A stretch of DNA of 44,124 bases from an uncultured Thermococci archaeon. GTDB lineage: Archaea; Methanobacteriota_B; Thermococci; Thermococcales; Thermococcaceae. The notes under the pieces are model-generated. The model searched no databases, had not been told where the DNA came from, and saw only the letters and a list, made by a program, of their open reading frames with translations. A program made the translations under genes and the position numbers. The stretch covers positions 1 to 44,124 of the forward strand of contig CAZAPD010000030.1 in NCBI GenBank assembly GCA_964487115.1, written 5' to 3'. Position 1 is the stretch's first letter; every line of letters begins with the position of its first letter. Below, one piece after another: positions 19,038 through 28,700 of this stretch.

Positions 19038-20327
19038 ATGATTGATAAGGTTTATTGTGCGGATGTAAAGCCTGACATGGAAGGCAAAAGGATCAAGCTC
19101 GCTGGATGGGTTTATAGAAAAAGGGAAGTTGGTAAGAAGGTATTCATAGTCCTACGGGATTCAAGTGGTGTTATCCAAGTTATCTTTAAGAAGGAGAATG
19201 AAGTTGCATACAGGAAAGCGCGGGATGTTGGAATCGAGTCAAGCGTTATAATTGAGGGCACTGTGAAGGCTGATTCGAGAGCTCCAACCGGAGTTGAGAT
19301 AGAGGCTGAAAGTATAGAAGTAGTCCAGAATGTTGGCTTTTTCCCGATAACAAAAGATGCAAGCGATGAGTTCCTGCTCGATGTGAGGCACCTTCACCTT
19401 CACTCGCCAAAGGTAGCGAGCATAATGAAGGTTAAAGCCACGCTCATGCAAGCAGCGAGGGAGTGGCTCCTTCAGAACGGCTGGTACGAGGTCTTCCCGC
19501 CGATACTCGTCACCGGCGCCGTTGAAGGCGGCTCGACCCTCTTCAAGCTCAAGTACTTCGACAAGACCGCTTACCTCAGCCAGTCGGCCCAGCTCTATCT
19601 TGAAGCGGCCATTTTTGGCCTCGAAAAAGTCTGGTCACTCACGCCGAGCTTCAGAGCGGAAAAGAGTCGGACAAGAAGGCATCTCACCGAGTTCTGGCAT
19701 CTGGAGCTTGAGGGGGCTTGGATGGACCTCTGGGACATCATAAAGGTGGAAGAAGAGCTGGTGAGCTATATGGTGCAGCGCACTCTGGAGCTCAGGAGGA
19801 GCGACGTCGAGACCTTCAGAAAGGACTTCACCACGCTCAAGAACACTGTTCCGCCCTTCCCGAGGATAAGCTACGACGAAGCAATTGATATACTCCAGAG
19901 CAAGGGTGTTCAGATCGAATGGGGTGAGGACATGGGGGCTGATGAGGAGAGAATTTTAACGCAGGAGTTTGAGAGCCCGTTCTTCGTCTACGGCTATCCG
20001 AAGCACATCAAGGCCTTCTACATGAAGGAGGACCCGGAGGATCCGAGGAAGGTTCTCGCGGCAGATATGCTCGCGCCGGAAGGCTACGGTGAGGTCATCG
20101 GTGGTTCACAGCGTGAGGACGACTACGACAAGCTCGTGCAGAGGATTCTCGACGAGGGCATGGATCCAAAGGACTACGAGTGGTACCTCGACCTGAGGAA
20201 GTACGGCTCTGTTCCACACAGCGGTTTTGGATTGGGTTTGGAAAGGCTCGTCGCGTGGGTTCTCAAGCTTGATCATGTCCGCTGGGCTACACTCTTCCCG
20301 AGAACGCCGAGCAGGTTGTATCCGTAG
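19038..20327 (+). CDS. asnS: Asparagine--tRNA ligase
   Basis: GGAGGTG RBS; OB-fold GWVYRKR..FIVLRDSSG; AYLSQSAQLYLE; FRAEKSRTRRHLTEFWHLELE; GEVIGGSQRE; PHSGFGLGLERLVAW; FPRTP. Confidence 0.96.
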   Translation: MIDKVYCADVKPDMEGKRIKLAGWVYRKREVGKKVFIVLRDSSGVIQVIFKKENEVAYRKARDVGIESSVIIEGTVKADSRAPTGVEIEAESIEVVQNVGFFPITKDASDEFLLDVRHLHLHSPKVASIMKVKATLMQAAREWLLQNGWYEVFPPILVTGAVEGGSTLFKLKYFDKTAYLSQSAQLYLEAAIFGLEKVWSLTPSFRAEKSRTRRHLTEFWHLELEGAWMDLWDIIKVEEELVSYMVQRTLELRRSDVETFRKDFTTLKNTVPPFPRISYDEAIDILQSKGVQIEWGEDMGADEERILTQEFESPFFVYGYPKHIKAFYMKEDPEDPRKVLAADMLAPEGYGEVIGGSQREDDYDKLVQRILDEGMDPKDYEWYLDLRKYGSVPHSGFGLGLERLVAWVLKLDHVRWATLFPRTPSRLYP

Positions 20328-20553
20328 CAACCTTATGTTCATCTTTGTAATTTCTTTTTATAATGGTAGATGAAACAAATTTCTAAAAAGCTTATCCTAA
20401 AGAATAATCAAAAATTCGTTTTTATATCCTGTGAGTGGCTTTGGAGAATCCTCTTGTAAGTTGAGGTGAGAGGAAAAACAAGATAGGAGATAAGAGTAAA
20501 AATCTGAAATAGGAGAGCGAACAAATCTATCAACACTCGCTTTTGGAGGGACG

Positions 20554-21276
20554 TTAATATATTCTATCAGGCGGAATTAGTATTGTGGGGGTTCTTATTT
20601 GGAGTACTGTTGGTTTGAACTCACGGGATATTCCTTTTATTATTGCAATGTTTTCAATAAACTCATTTTCTTTCAGGATTCCTTGAGTTATTAAGACGTA
20701 ATCACTAATGCTAACCATCCATGAATGAAGGTCGTTGGGGATACTATCCCGGTTAACAATAAGAATATCCCAAAAATCGAAGCCTTTTTTCACTAAATCC
20801 TCCCCTGCATACAAACGTGCCATGAACAGCCTTTTCATAAGCTCTCTACCAAATCTTTCATATAAGGTACTCAGTGTAACAAATGCATGGACAACTCTCC
20901 TATTACCTAAGCCATAATCGTTAACTATCTCTTTTTTGATTTCAACATATTTTGGTATGAAAGTGTTCTCATCCACCTCTCCTACACTATAAACAAAATC
21001 ATAAGGTGGATTTTCCTTGAATATGTGGATAACTGCCAGATTGCCGGTGTTTCCTTCTTTGATAACATCTATACCTGCTGACTTTAACCTTGAGCAGAAC
21101 TTTCTAAATGGAAGTGCAATGTTACTTATTATAGCAAATCCCCCATCCTCTATTTCCTCTTTCACTAGTTTAACTCCAACCTTCCAACCAAGGGAATACT
21201 GATTGTAGGATAACAATAGGATTCCTGCAGGGATGATTTCTCCCAAATAATCTCTTATACTCCTTGGCATAACCAT
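20554..21276 (-). CDS. Hypothetical protein, probable degenerate KaiC/RAD55 (RecA-fold) domain
   Basis: IIPAGILLLSY without a Walker A; RLKSAGIDVIKEGNTGNLAVIHIF; SISDYVLI, a KaiC-like pattern. GAGGTG RBS favours the start at 21276. Confidence 0.6.
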   Translation of the reverse strand: MVMPRSIRDYLGEIIPAGILLLSYNQYSLGWKVGVKLVKEEIEDGGFAIISNIALPFRKFCSRLKSAGIDVIKEGNTGNLAVIHIFKENPPYDFVYSVGEVDENTFIPKYVEIKKEIVNDYGLGNRRVVHAFVTLSTLYERFGRELMKRLFMARLYAGEDLVKKGFDFWDILIVNRDSIPNDLHSWMVSISDYVLITQGILKENEFIENIAIIKGISREFKPTVLQIRTPTILIPPDRIY

Positions 21277-21586
21277 ACTAAACACCTCATGACCTTTAAC
21301 AGACTCTCAATTATATAAGTTTTGTTACTAAAGTGTGATCATGAAGAAATGATAATTTAGTGAGAATACAACATCTATTTCTGCAAAACTCAGCCAACAA
21401 TATTGTTGAAAATACTGACGAGCTGAAAGAGCAAAATAGGTTGTGATCTAAAACAACAGGGATTTAATTCCCGAGTGACATTTCAAAATTTCTCTCATCA
21501 GTATTTTAGGACGCCTTGATGGATGGGACACTGCAAGAATATAACAGAATGGCAAAGCCTGCTAAGGGATAATTCTCAAAAGATAC

Positions 21587-21663
<77 letters not shown>

Positions 21664-21710
21664 ATCGGACTTTACTCTTCATGAGCCGTTTAAAAAAGTT
21701 GCGGTGCCTG

Positions 21711-21730
21711 TTTAGTATAATTTAGTATAA
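21711..21730. repeat. Perfect tandem 10-bp duplication TTTAGTATAA x2
   Basis: Directly visible in the divergent spacer between the tRNA and the 21851 gene. Confidence 0.85.
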
Positions 21731-21850
21731 GATAAGTTTGATAATGCTCTCAAAGTATTACATAGATCTACAAACACATCACAATTATCCCGTAATGACC
21801 TTTGGGCAAAATATAAATATTGCAAAGCACATTATATACTTTGATGCCCG

Positions 21851-22492
21851 ATGTTTTTCAAACCAGATGATGCTGAAGCCAGAGGTATTGGTATTATTGA
21901 TGAGCTTATTGAATTAGTCGGTCTCCTTGAAGGAGGTAGTATGGCCGGCATTATAACCACAGATGCTCTCTCTCAAGTGGTTCTTCAGTATTCCACAATA
22001 GCAAACGCCCTTAACTCTGAAGTTCCAGTCTATTATCTGGCACCTACCAACAGCTTTTCTTTAAAGCTTCTATCAAAGCTGACAGATAGAAGAGATGTTC
22101 TTTTGGGTAGAGTATACAGCATGGATGACCTGGCGACTGCATTGAAAACCGTTCAGGATGATTCTCTTGTTTTTGTTTCAAATTTCTCGGTTCTTATCAA
22201 TATAAAATCTGAGGATATGCTGATTTTAAGAAAGATTGTCGATGATAAAAATCTGATGTTAGTGCTTTCCCACAATACTCTTGAGCTGAATGAGCTGGAT
22301 TTAACTGGTGAATTCAAGCGTTTATTCATAATCCCGGAGCTGTTTGAGTTGCTCATGGTAATGAGGACAAACTCCTATCGTGGTCACTATCGGCTGAATC
22401 TGAGCATTCTGAAAGTACCCTCTGAGTTCATAGGGAATATAGGAGAACACAGCATCCCGATAGACAGCAAAGCTAAGCTCTTTCTTAGGTGA
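21851..22492 (+). CDS. Hypothetical protein, probable degenerate RecA/RadB-like fold
   Basis: GIGIIDELIELVGLLEGGSMAGI resembles the RecA-family N-terminus but has no GxxxxGK[ST]; VYYL..NSFS..L and RVYSMDDL resemble RadB-type elements. Confidence 0.55.
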   Translation: MFFKPDDAEARGIGIIDELIELVGLLEGGSMAGIITTDALSQVVLQYSTIANALNSEVPVYYLAPTNSFSLKLLSKLTDRRDVLLGRVYSMDDLATALKTVQDDSLVFVSNFSVLINIKSEDMLILRKIVDDKNLMLVLSHNTLELNELDLTGEFKRLFIIPELFELLMVMRTNSYRGHYRLNLSILKVPSEFIGNIGEHSIPIDSKAKLFLR

Positions 22493-23251
22493 TTAATACA
22501 GTTTTATATGACCGAAGCCGAGGCCATAACGCACATATAGGGCAATACCAATAGTAATGCCTGTCAGAAACAAAGCTATATAATCCCTTTTTTTCATCTC
22601 AATCGTATGCAGAAAGGTTCTTTTTCTTCTGGCTCCAAAACCCCTGCTTTCAAGGGCAATGCTGAGCTCATGGGCAGTCTTTATTGAGGCTATGAGGAGG
22701 GGAACTAAAACGGCACTCATTTTCTTAATTCTAACAAAGATGTTTCCTTTTTCCATTTCCCATCCCCTGGCTTTCTGGGCATCCATTATATTCAGGGCAA
22801 GCATGTAAAGAGTGGGGATGTATCGAAGGGCTATTGTCATTGTCAGTCCGTATTCATAGGGCATTTTCAACTTTATAAAGCCCAGAATAAGGTCTCTTTG
22901 TGTCGTGGTCATCAGCAGAGCAAAGGCGATAAGGCCGAAGGTTAAAAGCCTCAGGCCATAGGCAACACCTATCAGAGCTCCCCTATACCACGGATCATAT
23001 ACAAAAGCCCACACAACGATTGTTATGATTAGAATGGGAAAGAGAGGTCTCAATACTCTGTACTGCTCGCGGAGGGTTATCTTTCCCAGAAGGTATATAA
23101 GGAGCATTGTCAGGAAGAAAAGAGGTATCAAAACCTCAGGGGAGTTGAAAAGAAGGAGTATGATTACCGCTGCAGCAGTGCCTGTTAGCTTAACCCGCGG
23201 ATCGAGGCTATGGAGGATGGAATCCCTCTTGATATAGAAGTTATACATCAT
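22493..23251 (-). CDS. ECF transporter transmembrane component T (BioN-like)
   Basis: SILHSLDPRVKL; IALRYIPTL; AQKARG and ALESRGF Ala-Arg-Gly motifs. Confidence 0.93.
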   Translation of the reverse strand: MMYNFYIKRDSILHSLDPRVKLTGTAAAVIILLLFNSPEVLIPLFFLTMLLIYLLGKITLREQYRVLRPLFPILIITIVVWAFVYDPWYRGALIGVAYGLRLLTFGLIAFALLMTTTQRDLILGFIKLKMPYEYGLTMTIALRYIPTLYMLALNIMDAQKARGWEMEKGNIFVRIKKMSAVLVPLLIASIKTAHELSIALESRGFGARRKRTFLHTIEMKKRDYIALFLTGITIGIALYVRYGLGFGHIKLY

Positions 23252-24033
23252 CTCAAAAACCTCCCAATGAATTCTTCCACATTCCTAACAAAGCCTGTAC
23301 CTATGGTGAAGCTTATCCTGAGCAGTTCTGGCTTATCAAGACCGTAATTTCTTAATTCAATGGAGAAGAACTCATCAGTTGGCCCGTCGAATACTTTTTC
23401 TCCTTTATAGAGGAGGACGACTCGCTGGGCGAGCTCTAAGACGAGGTCCATCTCGTGGGTTATGAACAATATTCCGTGTCCCTCTTCATACAGGCTTTTA
23501 ATGATTTCTTTAACGCTCTCTGCACTCCTTTCATCTAAACCTGTTGTTGGTTCATCAAGGATAAGGTATTTCGGCTTCATGGAGAGAACGCAGGCTATTG
23601 CTAAACGTTGCTTCTCCCCTCCACTGAGGGAGTATGGGGTTCTCTCTTCATAACCCTTCAGATTGACCTTTTTAAGGGCCCATTTAACCCGTTCTTCGAT
23701 TTCTTCGGGACTTAGTCCAAGATTTTTCGGTCCAAATGCAACTTCCTTAAAAATACTCTCTTCAAAGAACATGTGTTCGGGATTCTGAAAGACATAACCC
23801 ACAAGCTTCGAAAGTTCAGCTACACTATGTTCTTTCGTGTTCATACCGTCTATTATAACATCCCCCCTGGTCGGCTTCAACAGACCGTTCAGATGCTTTG
23901 CGAGGGTTGTTTTTCCACTCCCATTAGGGCCCACTAACGCGACTATCTCTCTTCCCATCTCAAAATTTACTCCTCTGAGCGCCTCTTTTCTGCCTTCATA
24001 AATGTGCCAGAGGTTTTTAACCTGAATCATCAT
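23248..24033 (-). CDS. ECF transporter ATPase (BioM/CbiO-like)
   Basis: GPNGSGKTT, GYVFQNPEH, LSGGEKQRLAIA, ILDEPTTGLD, ITHEM. Confidence 0.94.
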   Translation of the reverse strand: MMIQVKNLWHIYEGRKEALRGVNFEMGREIVALVGPNGSGKTTLAKHLNGLLKPTRGDVIIDGMNTKEHSVAELSKLVGYVFQNPEHMFFEESIFKEVAFGPKNLGLSPEEIEERVKWALKKVNLKGYEERTPYSLSGGEKQRLAIACVLSMKPKYLILDEPTTGLDERSAESVKEIIKSLYEEGHGILFITHEMDLVLELAQRVVLLYKGEKVFDGPTDEFFSIELRNYGLDKPELLRISFTIGTGFVRNVEEFIGRFLR

Positions 24034-24043
24034 TTTTCCCTTC

Positions 24044-24784
24044 TTAAACTTCTCTTAAAAAAGTTCCGAGATTATTGAAAAGCCTCTGCGAAACGTCCAG
24101 TAACGTTGGGGCTTCATCAAGCTCAAGAACAAGTGACGTAGCATTCTTTGGAACAGGATTTGCTACATTAAGACCCACACCAAGTACAGCATAGCGCACC
24201 ATGTCAAGTTCACCTGCGACTTCTATGAGCACACCTGAAATCTTTTTCCCTTCAACATAAACGCCGTTCTCTACAGCTTTGCCCTTTACACCGTACTCTC
24301 CAAGCGTCTTTATGATGGCTGAGAGAGCAGGAGATAGAAGCTCACCGGCCTTCGCCAGTCTGAGTTTTGGCCTAAGAATAACGGAAAAGTAGAGACCACC
24401 TTCTCTGGAGATCCACTTCCGCATCAGCCTGCCTCGGCCCGCACTCTGTTTCCCTGCTATCACAAATGTCCAGCTTTTTTCTCCTCTCTCTGCGAGCTTT
24501 CTGGCAACGTTCATTGTGGAGTCAGTTTCCACCAGATAATAGCTTTTGACATCAAGTTCCCATGGATACGGTTTGTGGGGTTCTTCCAGAAGCCTGTAAC
24601 CCTTTGGAGTGGCGTCTATCTTGTAGCCAAGCTCTTTTAGTTCTTTCACATGTTTCCAAACCGCAACCCTTGAGACTCCAAGCTCTCTTGCTATTTTATC
24701 CCCGGAAACTACTCTCCTATTCCTCAGCGCCTCAAGGAGGGATCTCTTTATCCTGCTGTCTCTTATGAGGTTTCTAATCATCAT
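24044..24784 (-). CDS. birA: BirA-type biotin repressor / biotin-protein ligase with N-terminal HTH
   Basis: VSGDKIARELGVSRVAVWKHVKELKELGY...KGYRL; TDSTM; QSAGRGR; GLYFSVIL; KKISGVLIE; GVGLNV. Confidence 0.92.
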   Translation of the reverse strand: MMIRNLIRDSRIKRSLLEALRNRRVVSGDKIARELGVSRVAVWKHVKELKELGYKIDATPKGYRLLEEPHKPYPWELDVKSYYLVETDSTMNVARKLAERGEKSWTFVIAGKQSAGRGRLMRKWISREGGLYFSVILRPKLRLAKAGELLSPALSAIIKTLGEYGVKGKAVENGVYVEGKKISGVLIEVAGELDMVRYAVLGVGLNVANPVPKNATSLVLELDEAPTLLDVSQRLFNNLGTFLREV

Positions 24785-24792
24785 CAGAATTT

Positions 24793-24821
24793 CGTTAACT
24801 AAAAAGTTTTAAAGATTAACG
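24793..24821. promoter_or_regulatory. Candidate BirA operator CGTTAAC-N15-ATTAACG
   Basis: Near-perfect spaced palindrome in the 59-bp divergent birA/bioY spacer, enclosing a TTTTAAA TATA-like core. Confidence 0.75.
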
Positions 24822-24843
24822 GAGGATGGTGAAAGGTGATGAA

Positions 24844-25359
24844 ATGAAGGCAAATGAAGTGGCTTATACGGCTCTCTTTGTGGCTTTAACGGCTGTCAGC
24901 GCTCAGATAGCAATTCCGCTGGGGAGTGTTCCAATAACCCTCCAAGTGCTCATGGTTCTACTGAGTGGTTTTATTCTCGGTGCTAAGCTCGGATTTTTAA
25001 GTCAGCTCATCTATGTGATAATGGGCGCAATAGGTTTTCCGGTCTTTGCAAACTTTCAGGGTGGATTGGGGGTTATATATGGCCCAACGGGTGGTTATCT
25101 GCTGGCATTCCCGCTGGCTGCATTCTTAGCTGGCTGGATCAGCGAGAAAAGCGAAAATATCGGGTTGCATTTTGCTGCCGCACTGGGAGCAATTGGCGTT
25201 ATATACCTGTTAGGTTGGCTGAGGCTTGGTTTTTTCATTGGAGGGAATTTCAAAAAAGCGTTTATGATCGGAGTACTACCATTCATTGGAGTTGACCTAA
25301 TAAAGGCAGGTGTCGCTGTGATAATCACAGAGAAGGTTAAAAAGAGCGGGTTTATGTAA
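24844..25359 (+). CDS. bioY: Biotin transporter S-component BioY
   Basis: VPITLQVL..LLSGFILG; GAIGFPVFA; GPTGGYLLAF; VLPFIGVDLIKA; GGTGA RBS. Confidence 0.95.
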   Translation: MKANEVAYTALFVALTAVSAQIAIPLGSVPITLQVLMVLLSGFILGAKLGFLSQLIYVIMGAIGFPVFANFQGGLGVIYGPTGGYLLAFPLAAFLAGWISEKSENIGLHFAAALGAIGVIYLLGWLRLGFFIGGNFKKAFMIGVLPFIGVDLIKAGVAVIITEKVKKSGFM

Positions 25360-25780
25360 ACCTTCAGGGCTTTCTTCCGCATATTGAGATAAGCGGAACC
25401 TCTGTTTTTATTCCCGTTTATTGGGTCTGATATTTCTCCCTGAGAATGCAAGGGGTGTGCGCATGAAAGCAGGAAATTGGGTGCTCTAATAAAGCTTTTC
25501 TATGCCTTAGGTAAACATCATGCTCGGGGACAAAAGCATGAAAGATTCTTCATATTTTCTGGTTCTTTTGTATATCCTGCAACTTTAAGGGCGAATGTAA
25601 AACGTATTCCAAATGTTACCTCCTCTTCAAAGGTATGTCCAAGTTTGTTTTGTATATTTCTTCATGTGATCGAAGAATTTTTTACTTAGCAGAATGTCAA
25701 TTTGAATTTAGAAAAGTATATTTAGGGGTTTGTAGCGAACAGGTAATATGAAATGCGTATCATAAATGGAGGGGAATGTA

Positions 25781-28700
25781 ATGGAAAATTCCTTCACAAA
25801 GAAGGTGTTTGTTCTGGTTGTGTCCCTTTTAATGCTCCAGTTCCCTCTGGCTTTTGCGGTTTCTCTTCCCCATTCGATTTTTTATGGGGCAAAAGAAACA
25901 ATTGACATAGAAAACAGTATAGTGCCTGCATACATCTCGCAGGTGAATTATACCGATGAAGACCTGAGAAAGGAGATTGAGCTTAAATACTCCTATAATC
26001 TCGATGAGTTCATAGCGTTGCTCAATAATGATCCGATTGAGATTTTCTGGTATATACGTAACAATTTTGACTATGAGCCATACTATGGAAGCCTAAAAGG
26101 TCCTGTTGGAACATTTCTCCAGAGAGGCGGCAATGACCTTGATTTAGCATCCTTGCTCGTGGAGATTTACAGGCAGCTTGGAATTCCGGCGAGATACGTA
26201 AGAGGCAACATAAGATTGTCAGAAAGTCAGCTGAGAAACTGGTTCGGGATTAAAAATGTTGAGAGGGTTCTGAAAACCGGTCTTATACCCTATGAAAAAA
26301 CTTCTGACGGCTATATCGTTGAACATTTCTGGGTTGAGGCTTATCTTGATGGCAAATGGGTCCCGCTGGATCCTTCTTTTAAGGAGTACGAATATGTGCC
26401 ACCTGAGCTCAACATCACACAGATGGGGGAAGGTTTTGCTGAGAGCGTTTTTAATAACTCGGTGTCCGGTAGTGATTGGTATCTCCTGAGAAAGGACGTG
26501 GAGGGCTCGCCTGTTCTTTCGGATGATTATCTAAACAATGTGAGCGAGGACATTATCAAAACTCTGGGGGTTAGGTATATAGGAAACACCTCCAAACAGA
26601 GTATTTACAGAACTCTGAAGGGATTGTCAGACTTCAAAAGTGCTATTTTTGGCTCATGGAGGATAATTGAAAGTAGAGAGGGTTTTGGAAAGCTACCGTT
26701 TAATGTTAGCAATGTCTTAGCAGAATTCCCAGAAATTCCCTCAAAATTCAAATATAAAGTCAGGATTGAACTTCCGGGACAGGATGTAAATACAACCCTG
26801 ATCTTGGGCAATGTTAGCACGAAGAGGATCACCCTTGGCTGGCTTCCGGCCACTGAGAACGACAAAAAAGAAGTGGAGAAATATGAGGATATAACGGATA
26901 TTCCGATAGACAGCGTTAATTTCACCCCTGTCTTGATGCTCGATGGAGTTCCGGTTGCTAAAGGCCGGATTTCACATCTTGGAGAAAAGGCAAATCTAAC
27001 GGTCACAATGCTCCTTGGAAACCGTGTTCTCTATGTGGAAGACACTCCTGTTACCGCTGGGGGATATTATGCGGTCAGTATAGATGCACTGAGGGTGAGT
27101 CAGCAGTTCCTGAACTATCGTTTGAACAGGCTTAGAATTACAAGCTTCATGCTCGAAAGAGGCTTTTCCAACGTTACGACAGACGAAGTTATAGGAGAGA
27201 TGCTGAATTTGGCAGGTCTAACCTACTGGTATGAGCTCGATAAATATGCCGATGAAGTAGCATTCCGTTTAGGAATAAGGTGGATCAGGGTTCCTTCCGT
27301 TATAGTGCTTGGAACTGCATATAAGGTTGAAGAGGATAAGTTGCGATTTATTGGGATGTTTGTGGATGTTCAGAAAGACCTCTATCTGCCACTTTCAGAG
27401 AATAACAATAAAACGAGAGAAAGGGGTTTTATGATTAGCACTGGGAGGAGAGGTTCTGAGCTTGAGGCTTATGTGCTCAGACAATACTTTAATGCCCCTG
27501 CAATTTCCACTGCAACGATATTTGATTTGGCCTACGAGCTCACCATCCCGATATACCATGTTAATTCCTCAAATGTTAATTCTGTCCTTCCTCTGCTGAA
27601 TATAAGTCAAGAAGATAAGAACAAAATACTTGGTTATGTCAATAGTGGCTATGAAGTTTATGTACCCAGGGATAATGTGGTTATAAATGGATGGGTTGGA
27701 ACTGGCTACTACGTTGTCGATCCTGAGACAGGTGCGATGGCATACATGATAAGCGGTGGCATCAGAGGGGGCTTATCATTAACTGAATGGATGCACTCCC
27801 TAATGCAGGATGCAACTATGGAATTATTCAAGTGTCTGGGATTCATGAAGAGTATGGGTAAAGCGCTTGCTGAAAAAGTTTCTGATGCAGTTTCTGTATT
27901 TGTGAGTGCTGTCCTGAGTACAGTTGAAACCGTGGCATCGTGTCTTGAGGCACATCCCTGTGAATGCTCCCAGTACATAAAACAAACTGTTGTTAGCGTT
28001 GTTGTCGATGGAATTATGACAACATTGACGATAGGTATAACGGTAACAGGTACGGGGATTTTGGTACTCTTCCTTAAACTGTTGGCCTTTACAGGGGAGG
28101 GTACTATTTCATACGTCATAGGAGACATAACCAAGAAACTGATAAACTGGTTTTTGGGCTTTAGCAACACACTGAGAAACTGTCCAGCTCCAGATGTTGT
28201 AATAAGACAACCAAGAACCATACTTAAAGTTTCCAAACAGGTCATGGACTATGTTAGAGCATTCAGCATATGCGTCGTTTCACAAAACGGGCTCCGGGCG
28301 TATAGGGAAGTTGATTGGGAAATCCCGCGATGGGGCAATCCACCCCTTATCAAATATGGGATAAGGGGAATAAGAATCCGTTCAGGGATTATTTTTGCAT
28401 CTATGCAGTCTCAGTGTGACTCTGTTTATGTCATGATAGATCCTGCATATGTGCCTATGAATATCAAGCTTAGAGGAGGTATCGTTGAAGTTCCGGTCAA
28501 GGTCAATATAAAGATGGAAACCTTCAAAGGCGTTGAAACATTCACAAAAACTGGCTATATACGGTATAAATACGTGGTTAAAAAAGGAGATCTGATCCAG
28601 GTTTTAGGTCTCTCACAAACCATAACTTATACTGAAGGCGGAAGCGGTTCCACATACTTCACATTCATAAACAGGGCGGATAAAACCGTCAGAATATATG

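Noticed and set aside
25360..25765. Possible immunity gene or pseudogene upstream of the giant ORF
   Set aside because: Only short ORFs without an RBS or recognisable motifs; treated as intergenic.
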